Source: Gammaproteobacteria bacterium
GTDB lineage: Bacteria > Pseudomonadota > Gammaproteobacteria > Eutrophobiales > Eutrophobiaceae
Direction of reading: 5' to 3'
Assembly (NCBI GenBank): GCA_047620145.1
Contig: JBLHKO010000004.1
Coordinates: forward strand, 1-58,306
DNA: 58,306 nt
A model generated the notes under the pieces. That model had not been told where the DNA came from. It saw only the letters and a list, made by a program, of their open reading frames with translations, and ran no database searches. Below, piece after piece: positions 20,861 through 29,642 of the stretch. Positions within the stretch are counted from its first letter, which is position 1. Every line of letters begins with the position of its first letter. The position numbers were made by a program, and so were the translations under genes.

Positions 20861-21142
20861 TTAGTTTTTCCTATAATCATGTGGAGTTAGCTGAACTACC
20901 TGTATTAAAACTTGATCCCTCTCAATTTTGTAAATGACTCGATATTGAAGATTTAGTCTTGAAGACCGATATCCACGCCATTCACCGCGAAGAGCCTCAT
21001 CTTTGAAGCCACGAATAACCCTGAGTCCTTGTGGACCGGAGAGACTCACGATATCTTTCCATTTTTCATATCGTAGCAGAACATCATTGGGCAATTTCTG
21101 AATTTGCCTGGGAACCCTCCTGTGTTCGTATATTTCCCACAT
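20861..21142 (-). CDS. higB: HigB/RelE-family mRNA interferase toxin
   Basis: GFKDEALRGEWRGYRSSRLNLQYRVIY RelE-fold motif; toxin-upstream gene order typical of higBA. Confidence 0.82.
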   Translation of the reverse strand: MWEIYEHRRVPRQIQKLPNDVLLRYEKWKDIVSLSGPQGLRVIRGFKDEALRGEWRGYRSSRLNLQYRVIYKIERDQVLIQVVQLTPHDYRKN

Positions 21143-21179
21143 ATCATTTATAGTATATATACCATATATGATATGTCAA
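21140..21179 (-). promoter_or_regulatory. TA promoter (TTGACA-N18-TACTAT) within a 36-bp near-perfect palindrome
   Basis: TTGACA 21179-21174, TACTAT 21155-21150, ATG 7 nt later. Palindrome 21140-21175 has 16 of 18 pairs matched. Confidence 0.75.
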
Positions 21180-21262
21180 TAAACGTGTCTCTTGTAATGA
21201 AATTCAGTCTAATAGTTGGTTTCGGCGACTGTCAATCCTGGAACGTAGTTATCTAAGCAATA

Positions 21263-21616
21263 CTAGACTAACAATTCCGGTGAGACCTGTTCAAGTAAGT
21301 CAGTGAAAACTCCAGGTTCAGACAGAGCAAGAATCATCAACACGTCCTCTTTGATAGCACACTCCGCATGCAGCGTTCGCGCGGGAACAACAAACTTATC
21401 ACCTTGTTCGAAATCTAGTTGTTGACTACTTTCGCCATCAAGCAAACTGAAATGGCCACTTAATATATAACCATGCACATCAATGTGGTGCCAATGAATA
21501 GGGACGGTTTGTGAAGCATTTGACTTATAGGTCGTCGGCCAGAAACCGGTGGCTTTAATATCGTCAAATACTTCATCTCGAGTTTTGAAAAAACCTTTGT
21601 GACTTTCGATGCCCAA
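21263..21616 (-). CDS. Cupin-domain protein
   Basis: PIHWHHIDVHGYILSG...GDKFVVPARTLHAE cupin motifs; TTG start. Confidence 0.8.
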   Translation of the reverse strand: MGIESHKGFFKTRDEVFDDIKATGFWPTTYKSNASQTVPIHWHHIDVHGYILSGHFSLLDGESSQQLDFEQGDKFVVPARTLHAECAIKEDVLMILALSEPGVFTDLLEQVSPELLV

Positions 21617-21652
21617 TAAGCAGTCCTCTGGATTCTATCTAGGGTTTACTTA

Positions 21653-22060
21653 TTAACCCGGAGGAACCGTATCAAACTTTGGCAATCCTTCAGGAAAAGT
21701 CGCCCATGCTGGTGCAAGAGATGTATAGATAAGCATTTTTGGTAATAATTTCTCACCACCAGCAATCGTACTTGCTGACAGAGAATACACATCAAAAGCA
21801 TCACACTTAAGGCCAATGGTTGTCGAACATTCACCACAAAACAGACGATGCGTCGTACCAGTATCACCTCGCCCTTCGAAACTTGAGGGGGTGCCCTTTA
21901 TAAATTTAAATTTATCAAACGGTACCCAGACACCAAACCACTTATCAGAATTTGTGTGTAATTGGCATGTTTTACAATAACAAAACACGGTATTAACAGG
22001 TTCATCTTCGAACTCATACTTTATGTTCCCACAATCACAACTTCCAGAACTTGTGCTCAT
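21653..22060 (-). CDS. GFA / CENP-V family zinc protein
   Basis: GSCDCG, CYCKTC, RLFCGECST motifs; aggag SD. Confidence 0.9.
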   Translation of the reverse strand: MSTSSGSCDCGNIKYEFEDEPVNTVFCYCKTCQLHTNSDKWFGVWVPFDKFKFIKGTPSSFEGRGDTGTTHRLFCGECSTTIGLKCDAFDVYSLSASTIAGGEKLLPKMLIYTSLAPAWATFPEGLPKFDTVPPG

Positions 22061-22191
22061 AACGTCTCCTCATCTATTCGGTATTGAGTCTTTGTGAATA
22101 AAGTACAATGGCTGATTATTACATAGTGAGGTTTAAGGGAAAAGAACCCTCATTATGAATACACAACCGCATCTGAATAGACAATATTGGT

Positions 22192-22566
22192 CTAATTAAT
22201 CATCTGATAGGTGAAACTGCCATCCTCAGATGCAAATCCGCTATCCATAGATATCAATACCAAACATGTCTCATCTTTCTCTCCTACATTAACGCAAAAT
22301 TCATCATTTTTTAGAATCCATTTTGCTTTTCTAGTTTTCCCATTTACATCATAGATCATTGTACCGTCTGCATTGAGTATCATTTTTCCTCCAGCACCCG
22401 TTTTATGAGTCCAGTTCATCTCTTGATCAATGAATGCGTCATTAAATTGAGCAGTCGTAAGCCTCTGCTTTGAATTATCGACTACTCCTTCATCGACAGG
22501 CGTGTTTGCGCATGACGCAATGACAGCCACTAATCCTAATACTGCAATTCTTTGGAATAGGTACAT
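22192..22566 (-). CDS. Hypothetical lipoprotein
   Basis: Lipobox-like VIASC after a hydrophobic stretch; ggagg SD; beta-rich body. Confidence 0.7.
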   Translation of the reverse strand: MYLFQRIAVLGLVAVIASCANTPVDEGVVDNSKQRLTTAQFNDAFIDQEMNWTHKTGAGGKMILNADGTMIYDVNGKTRKAKWILKNDEFCVNVGEKDETCLVLISMDSGFASEDGSFTYQMIN

Positions 22567-22716
22567 AATTTATCCTCCAATTGTTAGATACGAATGATGA
22601 CGCTCTATATAACCCCACTGGTAGCTGCGTGGACCGCCGAATGCCAATATGCATTTGCCACTGAATGGACGCGACCACGCGACACCCTCACGACTATGAC
22701 ACCTCTTACTTTTTAA

Positions 22717-22821
22717 GCCTAACGCCCGCATAAACTGCGGAGTGAATTTGGCGACTTTTTTGCGTCTCTTTGCAAAAAAGACAACAAGTTTACGGAGTCA
22801 GATTTAATGCGTTTGTTATAG
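22717..22821 (-). other. Intact attC site (105 bp)
   Basis: Minus strand CTATAAC-aaacg-CATTAAATCTG ... CAGTTTATG-cgggc-GTTAGGC. R''/R' and L''/L' arms pair with extra bases, and there is an inner cttttttg/caaaaaag stem. Confidence 0.9.
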
Positions 22822-22859
22822 GGCAACATATCTGTATACCAGAACCGGAGGCTTTATAG

Positions 22860-23330
22860 TTAATAGATGCCAAAAACTTTTCCCGCAATCGCTAAAAAAG
22901 GCAGAATGAATCCAATAACCTTTCTAAACGGTGACTCATCAATCCAGTTTACACATGATGCAATTGCACCGTGTGCTGGAACTAGTATCTCAGTTCCATC
23001 TGCGTTCAGAAGCGGCCCATGCTTCAGCACCTTCAAAGAATCAGGGTGAATTCCCCATGAATGTTGGAGCTGAAATACTCGATCTATTTTGTTTTCAAGT
23101 TTCGGAGATATCTTGAAATTGCCTCGATCCGTCGCCGTTTGATATGCCATGCCACCATCGTTCCCACCCAGCCACGCTTGCACCGCTCGATGAAACTCCA
23201 ACACAGTTATCCGTCGTATCCACCGTAGTCGAAACCTCGTCCAAAACGAAATATCGTCCCGAAGCGATATTATTCCACAGTTGTTATGATCGGGTGAAAC
23301 CTTCCAGTACTTGCTAATATTAATGGTCAT
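22860..23330 (-). CDS. Hypothetical protein, first integron cassette
   Basis: 156-aa ORF between attI and the intact attC; no family recognised; hydrophobic C-terminus. Confidence 0.7.
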   Translation of the reverse strand: MTINISKYWKVSPDHNNCGIISLRDDISFWTRFRLRWIRRITVLEFHRAVQAWLGGNDGGMAYQTATDRGNFKISPKLENKIDRVFQLQHSWGIHPDSLKVLKHGPLLNADGTEILVPAHGAIASCVNWIDESPFRKVIGFILPFLAIAGKVFGIY

Positions 23331-23370
23331 TAACGATACCTATGGGATTTGCATGAAGGTGTTTTGAATT

Positions 23371-23395
23371 ACCCTATAACTTGTCGATAAACGGC
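23371..23395 (-). other. attI site, crossover between 23380 (G) and 23379
   Basis: Minus strand ...tttatcgacaaG/TTATAGGGT. GTTATAGGG is the exact complement of the CCCTATAAC R'' box of the first attC, as expected for a cassette integrated here. Confidence 0.8.
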
Positions 23396-23615
23396 CACTA
23401 GTATGGTCGCTTATTTTTCTTATATAATTGACCAAAATGGCGCGTTTATTGGCTATATAGCGTAAAAAGGTGCCATGATTGTTTTGAAATTGGAAACAAT
23501 CATCCAACAAATATACTATATTGTTTACGAAACAGTTACTGGCACGTTTATTGGGAATTATTGGTAATAAGCGGCCAGTTATTGGCACAAAACAGACATG
23601 TTGCAAGGAGGCACT

Positions 23616-24659
23616 ATGGACACACAGTTTACACCGAAATCTGCCAGACTGATGGATCTCGGCTTTGGCATCCTGCGTTGCTCTACCGACTACATCCCTG
23701 TAGTCGAGGTCAAAGAAACCCTTCGCTTCCATCATTATGCCTACAGTACTGAAAAAACTTATATTCACTGGATTCTCCGTTATATCCGCTTTAATAATCG
23801 TAGCCACCCAAAAGATATGGGTAAGCATGAAATCAAACGATTTTTAAGCCATCTTGCCATCAATCGCGATGTAAGTGCCTCAACACAAAATCAGGCATTG
23901 AACGCTATTCTATTCCTCTATAAGCATGTTTTAAAGTTACCTGTTGATATGAATATCAGAGCTATCAGGTCTGACAAACAAAAAAGATTACCTACTGTAT
24001 TGAGTAAACAGGAAATTCAGGAAATATTTATACATTTATCTGGTGTTAAATTACTGATGGTAAAGTTGATGTATGCAGCTGGGCTAAGAGTAACTGAGCT
24101 ACATGATTTGCGTGTGCAGAATTTTGATTTTGATAATAATCAACTATATATCCGTGACTCTAAAGGGGGAAAAGATAGGATCAGCCTGCTTCCCAAAACA
24201 CTGCATGAGGGTTTGAAGCGACAAATTGAGTCCGTTAAATCCCTTCATCAACAAGATTTAAATGCTGGTTATGGTGAAGTTAGTCTACCTAATGCACTGG
24301 CCAGAAAATATCCTAATGCAGGTAAGACTCTTGGCTGGCAATTTATATTTCCATCAACAAAACTTTCTGCTGATCCTCGCAATGGATTGATACAACGCTA
24401 CCATATTCATATCTCTGTAATCAGAAAGGCAATAAAAGTCGCTGTTACGAAAACAAATATTAATAAAAGAGTGACTACTCATGTGTTTCGACATTCTTTT
24501 GCAACACATCTTTTGGAAGATGGAATCAATATCCGAATGGTTCAAACCTTACTTGGTCATAAAGATGTAAAAACAACTGAAATCTACACACATGTTATGG
24601 ATAAAAGTATATCTGGAGTTATGAGCCCACTTGAAATGCTTGAGAAAAATATAGGTTAG
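23616..24659 (+). CDS. intI: Integron integrase (tyrosine recombinase)
   Basis: YAAGLRVTE, RDSKGGKDR, integron-specific insert (GYGEVSLPNALARKYPNAGKTLGWQFIFPS), HVFRHSFATHLL, LGHKDVKTTEIYTHV. aggagg SD places the start at 23616. Confidence 0.96.
   Translation: MDTQFTPKSARLMDLGFGILRCSTDYIPVVEVKETLRFHHYAYSTEKTYIHWILRYIRFNNRSHPKDMGKHEIKRFLSHLAINRDVSASTQNQALNAILFLYKHVLKLPVDMNIRAIRSDKQKRLPTVLSKQEIQEIFIHLSGVKLLMVKLMYAAGLRVTELHDLRVQNFDFDNNQLYIRDSKGGKDRISLLPKTLHEGLKRQIESVKSLHQQDLNAGYGEVSLPNALARKYPNAGKTLGWQFIFPSTKLSADPRNGLIQRYHIHISVIRKAIKVAVTKTNINKRVTTHVFRHSFATHLLEDGINIRMVQTLLGHKDVKTTEIYTHVMDKSISGVMSPLEMLEKNIG
23658..23705 (+). repeat. 48-bp in-frame insert in intI, homologous to 57687-57735
   Basis: Adds LGFGILRCSTDYIPVV between RLMD and EVKETLR; 38/49 nt identical without gaps to the copy near tRNA-Lys; GACTAC/GTAGTC hairpin with ATCCCT loop. 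Confidence 0.75.
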
Positions 24660-25693
24660 TTTAAATACTTTGCAAGTAATTCATCAGCTTCATCGAAACG
24701 ATGCTGAACAATCTCTCCTTTGACGGTGGCTTTTAGCCAGGGAATTGCCTGGGTAAATAAATTATCATTCTGCCCCAGAACAATAAGATCCATCACTAGG
24801 GAATCTTTGAAACTATTTATTATGAGCTTGTGCCCGTAAGATCCAGAGATGAGTTCCAGATCAAGCACGTCCCAATCGATCGACACGCCTTTATTGGATA
24901 TTTCCTTAAGCGACTCAGCAATTAATCCAAGCTCTCTCATTGCTCGCAGACATATCTCTTGCTTCTTCTTTCTATCTTGTAGATCACTAAACACAAAATG
25001 TAGACCATCTTCTGAAAGATATTCTGGTTTCGAATCTACAGCCATTTTCCATTCTGCTTTGACAACGATTCTTAACTTATTATCTTCAACCTCTTGCGTT
25101 TCATCATCTTGCAAACAAATTCCTTGTCCGCATAAGTTTTCGACTATGGCTGCATAAAGAAGACCGGATTTCTTTAAATCCGGAGAAGTTAAAATATAGG
25201 GTTTTCCATCGATCACGATCGTCGGTTCACCGTATTCTTCGATATATAATTTAATTTCCGTTGTCTGATTTATGTATTGAGATACTAGTCGTAATTTTTC
25301 TGCGTATTCTACTGCTGAGTGGCGCCATCTGCTTTTTTCAAAATTTTGTCCTGCACCAGACGACTTTTCTTCTCTTGATTTCGTTGCCTCAGCATCGTAC
25401 ATCACGGCCATTTGATTTAATGCGGTTTTTGTAAAAATCGCCAACTGCTGTGCGCCACTTTGTTGCATCAAGTTCGCCAACTTGATCAAATCGGCATGTT
25501 TATACCAGGCCTGATACACAGGGTCTTGAGGATAAATCCATAAGACAGGTTTCTTTTCGATATAGATAAAAGATTCAGCGACAGAGATTGAAGGCGTAGA
25601 AAATAGGATGACGATTGCATAGAGAAAAACTAATCTGGCAGGGATAAAGCAGTGGAGTATCACTTGCATAAGTTTTGATCGTTGTGAATTCAC
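24656..25693 (-). CDS. Hypothetical exported protein
   Basis: 345-aa ORF 19 bp downstream of radA with an N-terminal hydrophobic/signal-like segment; no family recognised. Confidence 0.7.
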   Translation of the reverse strand: MNSQRSKLMQVILHCFIPARLVFLYAIVILFSTPSISVAESFIYIEKKPVLWIYPQDPVYQAWYKHADLIKLANLMQQSGAQQLAIFTKTALNQMAVMYDAEATKSREEKSSGAGQNFEKSRWRHSAVEYAEKLRLVSQYINQTTEIKLYIEEYGEPTIVIDGKPYILTSPDLKKSGLLYAAIVENLCGQGICLQDDETQEVEDNKLRIVVKAEWKMAVDSKPEYLSEDGLHFVFSDLQDRKKKQEICLRAMRELGLIAESLKEISNKGVSIDWDVLDLELISGSYGHKLIINSFKDSLVMDLIVLGQNDNLFTQAIPWLKATVKGEIVQHRFDEADELLAKYLN

Positions 25694-25712
25694 TACCGAC
25701 CTTGATAAAGAA

Positions 25713-27083
25713 CTATTGTAAATGATCGATAGCGTCTGCTAGACGACTCACGGCTATGACTTCCATACCGTTGATATTCTGCTTCGGTTTATTTGCTTTG
25801 GGAACGATGGCTCTTTTGAAACCGTGTTTCACTGCTTCATTTAAACGCTCTAATCCATTTTGCACAGGTCTTATTTCTCCCGCCAGCCCAACTTCACCGA
25901 AGACAATCAGATCTTGAGGTATTGGTAGATTCTTTAAGCTAGAAATTGCGGCTAATATGATTGCCAAATCCGCAGCTGTTTCAGTAATTTTAATGCCACC
26001 GACGACATTTAGAAAAACATCTTGATCCGACGTATTAACACCTGCATGTCGGTGTAACACTGCGAGTAACATCGATAAACGATTTTGTTCCAGGCCGACA
26101 CTAACACGCCTTGGATTACCGAGATGCGATGTATCAACCAGGGCTTGTACTTCCACCAACAATGGTCGTGTTCCCTCTCTGGTGACCATGATGACACTGC
26201 CTGAGACTTGTTCCTCATGTTTGGAAAGGAAAATAGCAGAGGGATTACTGACTTCTTTTAAACCCTTATCGGTCATGGCAAATACGCCAAGCTCATTAAC
26301 TGCACCATAACGATTTTTGATTGATCGAATCACGCGGTAGCGGCTACTCGTATCACCTTCAAAATAAAGCACGGTATCTACCATGTGTTCCAGAATGCGT
26401 GGGCCTGCTAAGGAACCATCTTTAGTGACGTGGCCGACTAACAATACAGTGGTATTTGTTTGTTTGGCGAAACGCACTAACTGTGCGGCAGACTCTCTGA
26501 CTTGTGCCACGGAACCCGGTGCCGACTGCAATATCTCTGTGAATACTGTCTGGATAGAATCAATTACCACGACTTCTGGTCTTTCAGCACTGATGACGGA
26601 CAATATTCTTTCAAGATTGTTTTCAGTCAGTAATCTTATTTTATCCAGTGCAAGATCCAGACGTTGACCTCGCAGACTTATTTGCTGTGCAGATTCTTCA
26701 CCTGAGACATACAACGTTTTTACACCACCTGAATCTCCCAACACTGATAGAACCTGTATTAGTAATGTTGATTTACCAATACCGGGATCACCACCGATTA
26801 ATGTCACAGAACCAGTGGCTAAACCACCACCGACTGCGCGATCCAGTTCCGTCATACCGGTGTTTAATCTGGAAGACTGTGCAGCATCCACATCATTCAG
26901 GAAACACACCTCTGCGGGGGCAGCGATATGATCTCGATTGCGAAACGATTTAATATTTGATGTCGCTTCGACAACGACTTCCGTGAGTGTATTCCAGGCG
27001 TGACATTCACCACATTGACCCGCCCATTTAGGCAGTGTCGCACCGCATTCAGCACATTGATATTGAATCTTAGGTTTCGCCAT
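25713..27083 (-). CDS. radA: DNA repair protein RadA/Sms
   Basis: Zn finger CAECG...CGEC, GGDPGIGKSTL, KNRYG, Lon-like C-terminal domain. Confidence 0.97.
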   Translation of the reverse strand: MAKPKIQYQCAECGATLPKWAGQCGECHAWNTLTEVVVEATSNIKSFRNRDHIAAPAEVCFLNDVDAAQSSRLNTGMTELDRAVGGGLATGSVTLIGGDPGIGKSTLLIQVLSVLGDSGGVKTLYVSGEESAQQISLRGQRLDLALDKIRLLTENNLERILSVISAERPEVVVIDSIQTVFTEILQSAPGSVAQVRESAAQLVRFAKQTNTTVLLVGHVTKDGSLAGPRILEHMVDTVLYFEGDTSSRYRVIRSIKNRYGAVNELGVFAMTDKGLKEVSNPSAIFLSKHEEQVSGSVIMVTREGTRPLLVEVQALVDTSHLGNPRRVSVGLEQNRLSMLLAVLHRHAGVNTSDQDVFLNVVGGIKITETAADLAIILAAISSLKNLPIPQDLIVFGEVGLAGEIRPVQNGLERLNEAVKHGFKRAIVPKANKPKQNINGMEVIAVSRLADAIDHLQ

Positions 27084-28161
27084 AATTAAACTTTAACCGT
27101 TTATGCACACCGCAAAGAACTTCATAAGGGATTGTCTGTGCATGATTAGCAACTTCTTCTACGGGTAAGCCTTCGCCCCAGAGAATAACAGGATCACCGG
27201 TCTTGGCATTTTCCTGGGTACGCAAATCAACGGTTAACATATCCATTGATGCACGCCCGATGAGTTCAACTCTTTTTCCATTGACTAGCACTGGTGTGCC
27301 AGAGGGTGCATGACGCGGATAACCGTCGCCATATCCCGCTGCGACAACACCGACGGACATATCTTCTGGACAACGCCATGTTGCACCATATCCCACAGGC
27401 TCTCCTGCCTTGAGTTTTTTTACCGTGATTAATTTTGATTGCAATGTCATCACCGGCTTTAGTTTCTCTTGCGGTCCGTGACTGTCAGTGAATGGAGAAA
27501 CCCCATAAAGCATGATGCCAGGACGCACCCAATCAACATGCGCTTCGGGGAAAGCCAGCAAGCCAGCAGAATTTGCAATAGTTTTTTCTAGCTTAGAATC
27601 TGTCGTCATGCTTTCGATGACCTCGCTGAAGCATTGAATCTGTTCAGAGGTCATTGAATTTTCACGATCATTGGCACTGGCAAGATGTGTCATCAGACGA
27701 ATCTCTTTTACATATGGTGACGCTTGCAAGCGTGCAAATACTTGACTGGTAAATTCCGGTAAAAACCCAAGACGATGCATGCCCGTGTCTAATTTTAACC
27801 AGATGCTAATTGAGTTTTTTATCTTTGTTTGTTCAAGCATTTCAACTTGTGAGATATCATGCACAACAATATCTAATCCAGAATCGCTAATCTCGGTCAG
27901 TTCTTCTGCGGAATAAGGCCCTTCCAAAAGGATGATGCGTTGTTTAATGTTCGCTTCTCGTAATTCCCTAGCTTCTTCCAGACAAGCAACACCAAAAGCA
28001 TCAGCATCTTCGAGTGTTTGTGCAATTCTCGCGAGTCCATGTCCATAGGCATCCGCCTTGACGATGGCCATGATTTTAGAATTGGGAGCTAGTGTACGAA
28101 TACGACTGAAATTATGACGAAGGGCGGAAAGATTAATGACAACTTCAGCGGGTCGACTCAT
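27070..28161 (-). CDS. alr: Alanine racemase
   Basis: AIVKADAYGHG PLP-lysine motif, DTGMHRLG, GYGDGYPR. Confidence 0.97.
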   Translation of the reverse strand: MSRPAEVVINLSALRHNFSRIRTLAPNSKIMAIVKADAYGHGLARIAQTLEDADAFGVACLEEARELREANIKQRIILLEGPYSAEELTEISDSGLDIVVHDISQVEMLEQTKIKNSISIWLKLDTGMHRLGFLPEFTSQVFARLQASPYVKEIRLMTHLASANDRENSMTSEQIQCFSEVIESMTTDSKLEKTIANSAGLLAFPEAHVDWVRPGIMLYGVSPFTDSHGPQEKLKPVMTLQSKLITVKKLKAGEPVGYGATWRCPEDMSVGVVAAGYGDGYPRHAPSGTPVLVNGKRVELIGRASMDMLTVDLRTQENAKTGDPVILWGEGLPVEEVANHAQTIPYEVLCGVHKRLKFNYGET

Positions 28162-29582
28162 TCATATCCTCCGCTAGAAAATCCTCCACCAGAACCAGAA
28201 TAATTACTGTCTTGAGTATAATTCTCAAAGCGGGTGTACTGTCCTAAGAATGTCAGGTTGACTTTACCAATGGGGCCATTACGTTGTTTAGCGATAATGA
28301 TCTCGGCCTTGCCTTTATCCATCGTGTCTTCGTTATACACCTCGTCCCGATAAATAAATATAATCACATCAGCATCTTGTTCAATCGCGCCACTTTCACG
28401 AAGATCGGACATCACCGGACGTTTATTTGGGCGTTGCTCAAGGCTTCTGTTGAGCTGTGATAATGCGACAACAGGCACTCGCAGTTCTTTTGCCATTGCT
28501 TTTAAAGAACGCGTTATCTCGGAAATTTCCGTCGCGCGATTTTCACTGGTACCGGCAACCTGCATCAACTGTAGATAATCGATAATAACCAGATCAAGAC
28601 CATTATGTTCTCTATGTATCCGACGACAGCGTGCTCTGATCTCAGAGGATGTTAATGCAGGTGTATCGTCAATAAACAAACGCGCATCTTTTAATATCTC
28701 AACGGCAGAGGTTAATCTCGGCCAGTCTTCATCCTTGAGTTTACCTGTGCGTATCTTGTGCTGATCGATCCTTCCCAAGGAAGACATCATGCGCATCGCT
28801 AAAGAATCACCTGGCATTTCCATACTGAAGACGGCCACTGCAAGTTTTTCCTTAATCACCGCATGTTCAGCAATGTTGATTGCTAAAGCGGTTTTCCCCA
28901 TAGAGGGCCGACCGGCGATAATAATGAGATCAGAAGGTTGCAAACCGGCTGTTTTCTCATCCAGATCGTCATAGCCTGTCGCCACACCCGTAATTGGACT
29001 ATCTCGATGAAACAGTTCGTCGATTTTATCCAAGGCATTAACCAACAGGTCTTTGATGGTGTCGTAATTTCTACGACCTTTTGATTCTTTCTCTGCGATT
29101 TCAAAGACGGTCTGTTCAGCACTATCCAGTATCTGTTCATTCGTCAGTCCTTGGGGATTGAAAATATTCTCACTAATTTTATTGGTCGCTCGAATAAGCT
29201 GTCGTAGTACGGAACGTTTTCTGACAATATCCGCGTAGGCTTTAACATTACTGACACCGGGTGTTCTTTCGGCAAGCGCGGCTAGATAGTTCAAACCGCC
29301 AGCATCATCAAGTTGTTGATGATTATCCAGCCATTCTGCAACAGTCACGACATCAAAAGGCTGCCCATCATCGTCAAGTGTCGCGATTGCGCGAAAAATA
29401 GCACGATGATCCTTACGATAAAAATCATCCTCTGAAACTCTTTCAGAGACATGTTCCCAGACATCGTTATTAAGAAGAAGACCGCCCAATACCGCCTGTT
29501 CAGCCTCAATAGAATGAGGCGGGATCTTTAATGAAGCTGTTTCTGTATCAACAGCTTCAGGTGATTGTGCGGTTTCCTGCAT
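28158..29582 (-). CDS. dnaB: Replicative DNA helicase
   Basis: PPHSIEAEQAVLG, AGRPSMGKT, IIDYLQLM, SDLRESGAIEQDAD; no intein. Confidence 0.97.
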   Translation of the reverse strand: MQETAQSPEAVDTETASLKIPPHSIEAEQAVLGGLLLNNDVWEHVSERVSEDDFYRKDHRAIFRAIATLDDDGQPFDVVTVAEWLDNHQQLDDAGGLNYLAALAERTPGVSNVKAYADIVRKRSVLRQLIRATNKISENIFNPQGLTNEQILDSAEQTVFEIAEKESKGRRNYDTIKDLLVNALDKIDELFHRDSPITGVATGYDDLDEKTAGLQPSDLIIIAGRPSMGKTALAINIAEHAVIKEKLAVAVFSMEMPGDSLAMRMMSSLGRIDQHKIRTGKLKDEDWPRLTSAVEILKDARLFIDDTPALTSSEIRARCRRIHREHNGLDLVIIDYLQLMQVAGTSENRATEISEITRSLKAMAKELRVPVVALSQLNRSLEQRPNKRPVMSDLRESGAIEQDADVIIFIYRDEVYNEDTMDKGKAEIIIAKQRNGPIGKVNLTFLGQYTRFENYTQDSNYSGSGGGFSSGGYE

Positions 29583-29642
29583 TCACTCCTCCTGATGGAG
29601 TTTGTGATTGATAATTATCCCAGTGTTTCTAACCAACTGTTC

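Larger units (their letters stand above)
18428..24659. mobile_element. Chromosomal (sedentary-type) integron: intI, attI and a minus-strand array of short genes with intact and eroded attC sites
   Basis: IntI is divergent from nine short same-strand ORFs; attI core at 23380; intact attC at 22717-22821; attC remnants at 20534-20603, 18835-18857 and 18428-18491. The left boundary is less certain than the right. Confidence 0.8.

Noticed and set aside
21207-21254. attC between the cupin gene and the TA promoter (gtctaat...gttatct)
   Set aside because: Only about 48 bp, the core lacks AAC and the inner arms do not pair; too weak to call.
23340-23828. 162-aa minus-strand ORF over attI and the intI 5' end
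   Set aside because: Antisense to intI, crosses the attI site and the mini-element, and has no SD or recognisable domain; most likely a shadow ORF.
28158-29582. Intein in DnaB
   Set aside because: Length 474 aa and continuous helicase motifs; no insertion.
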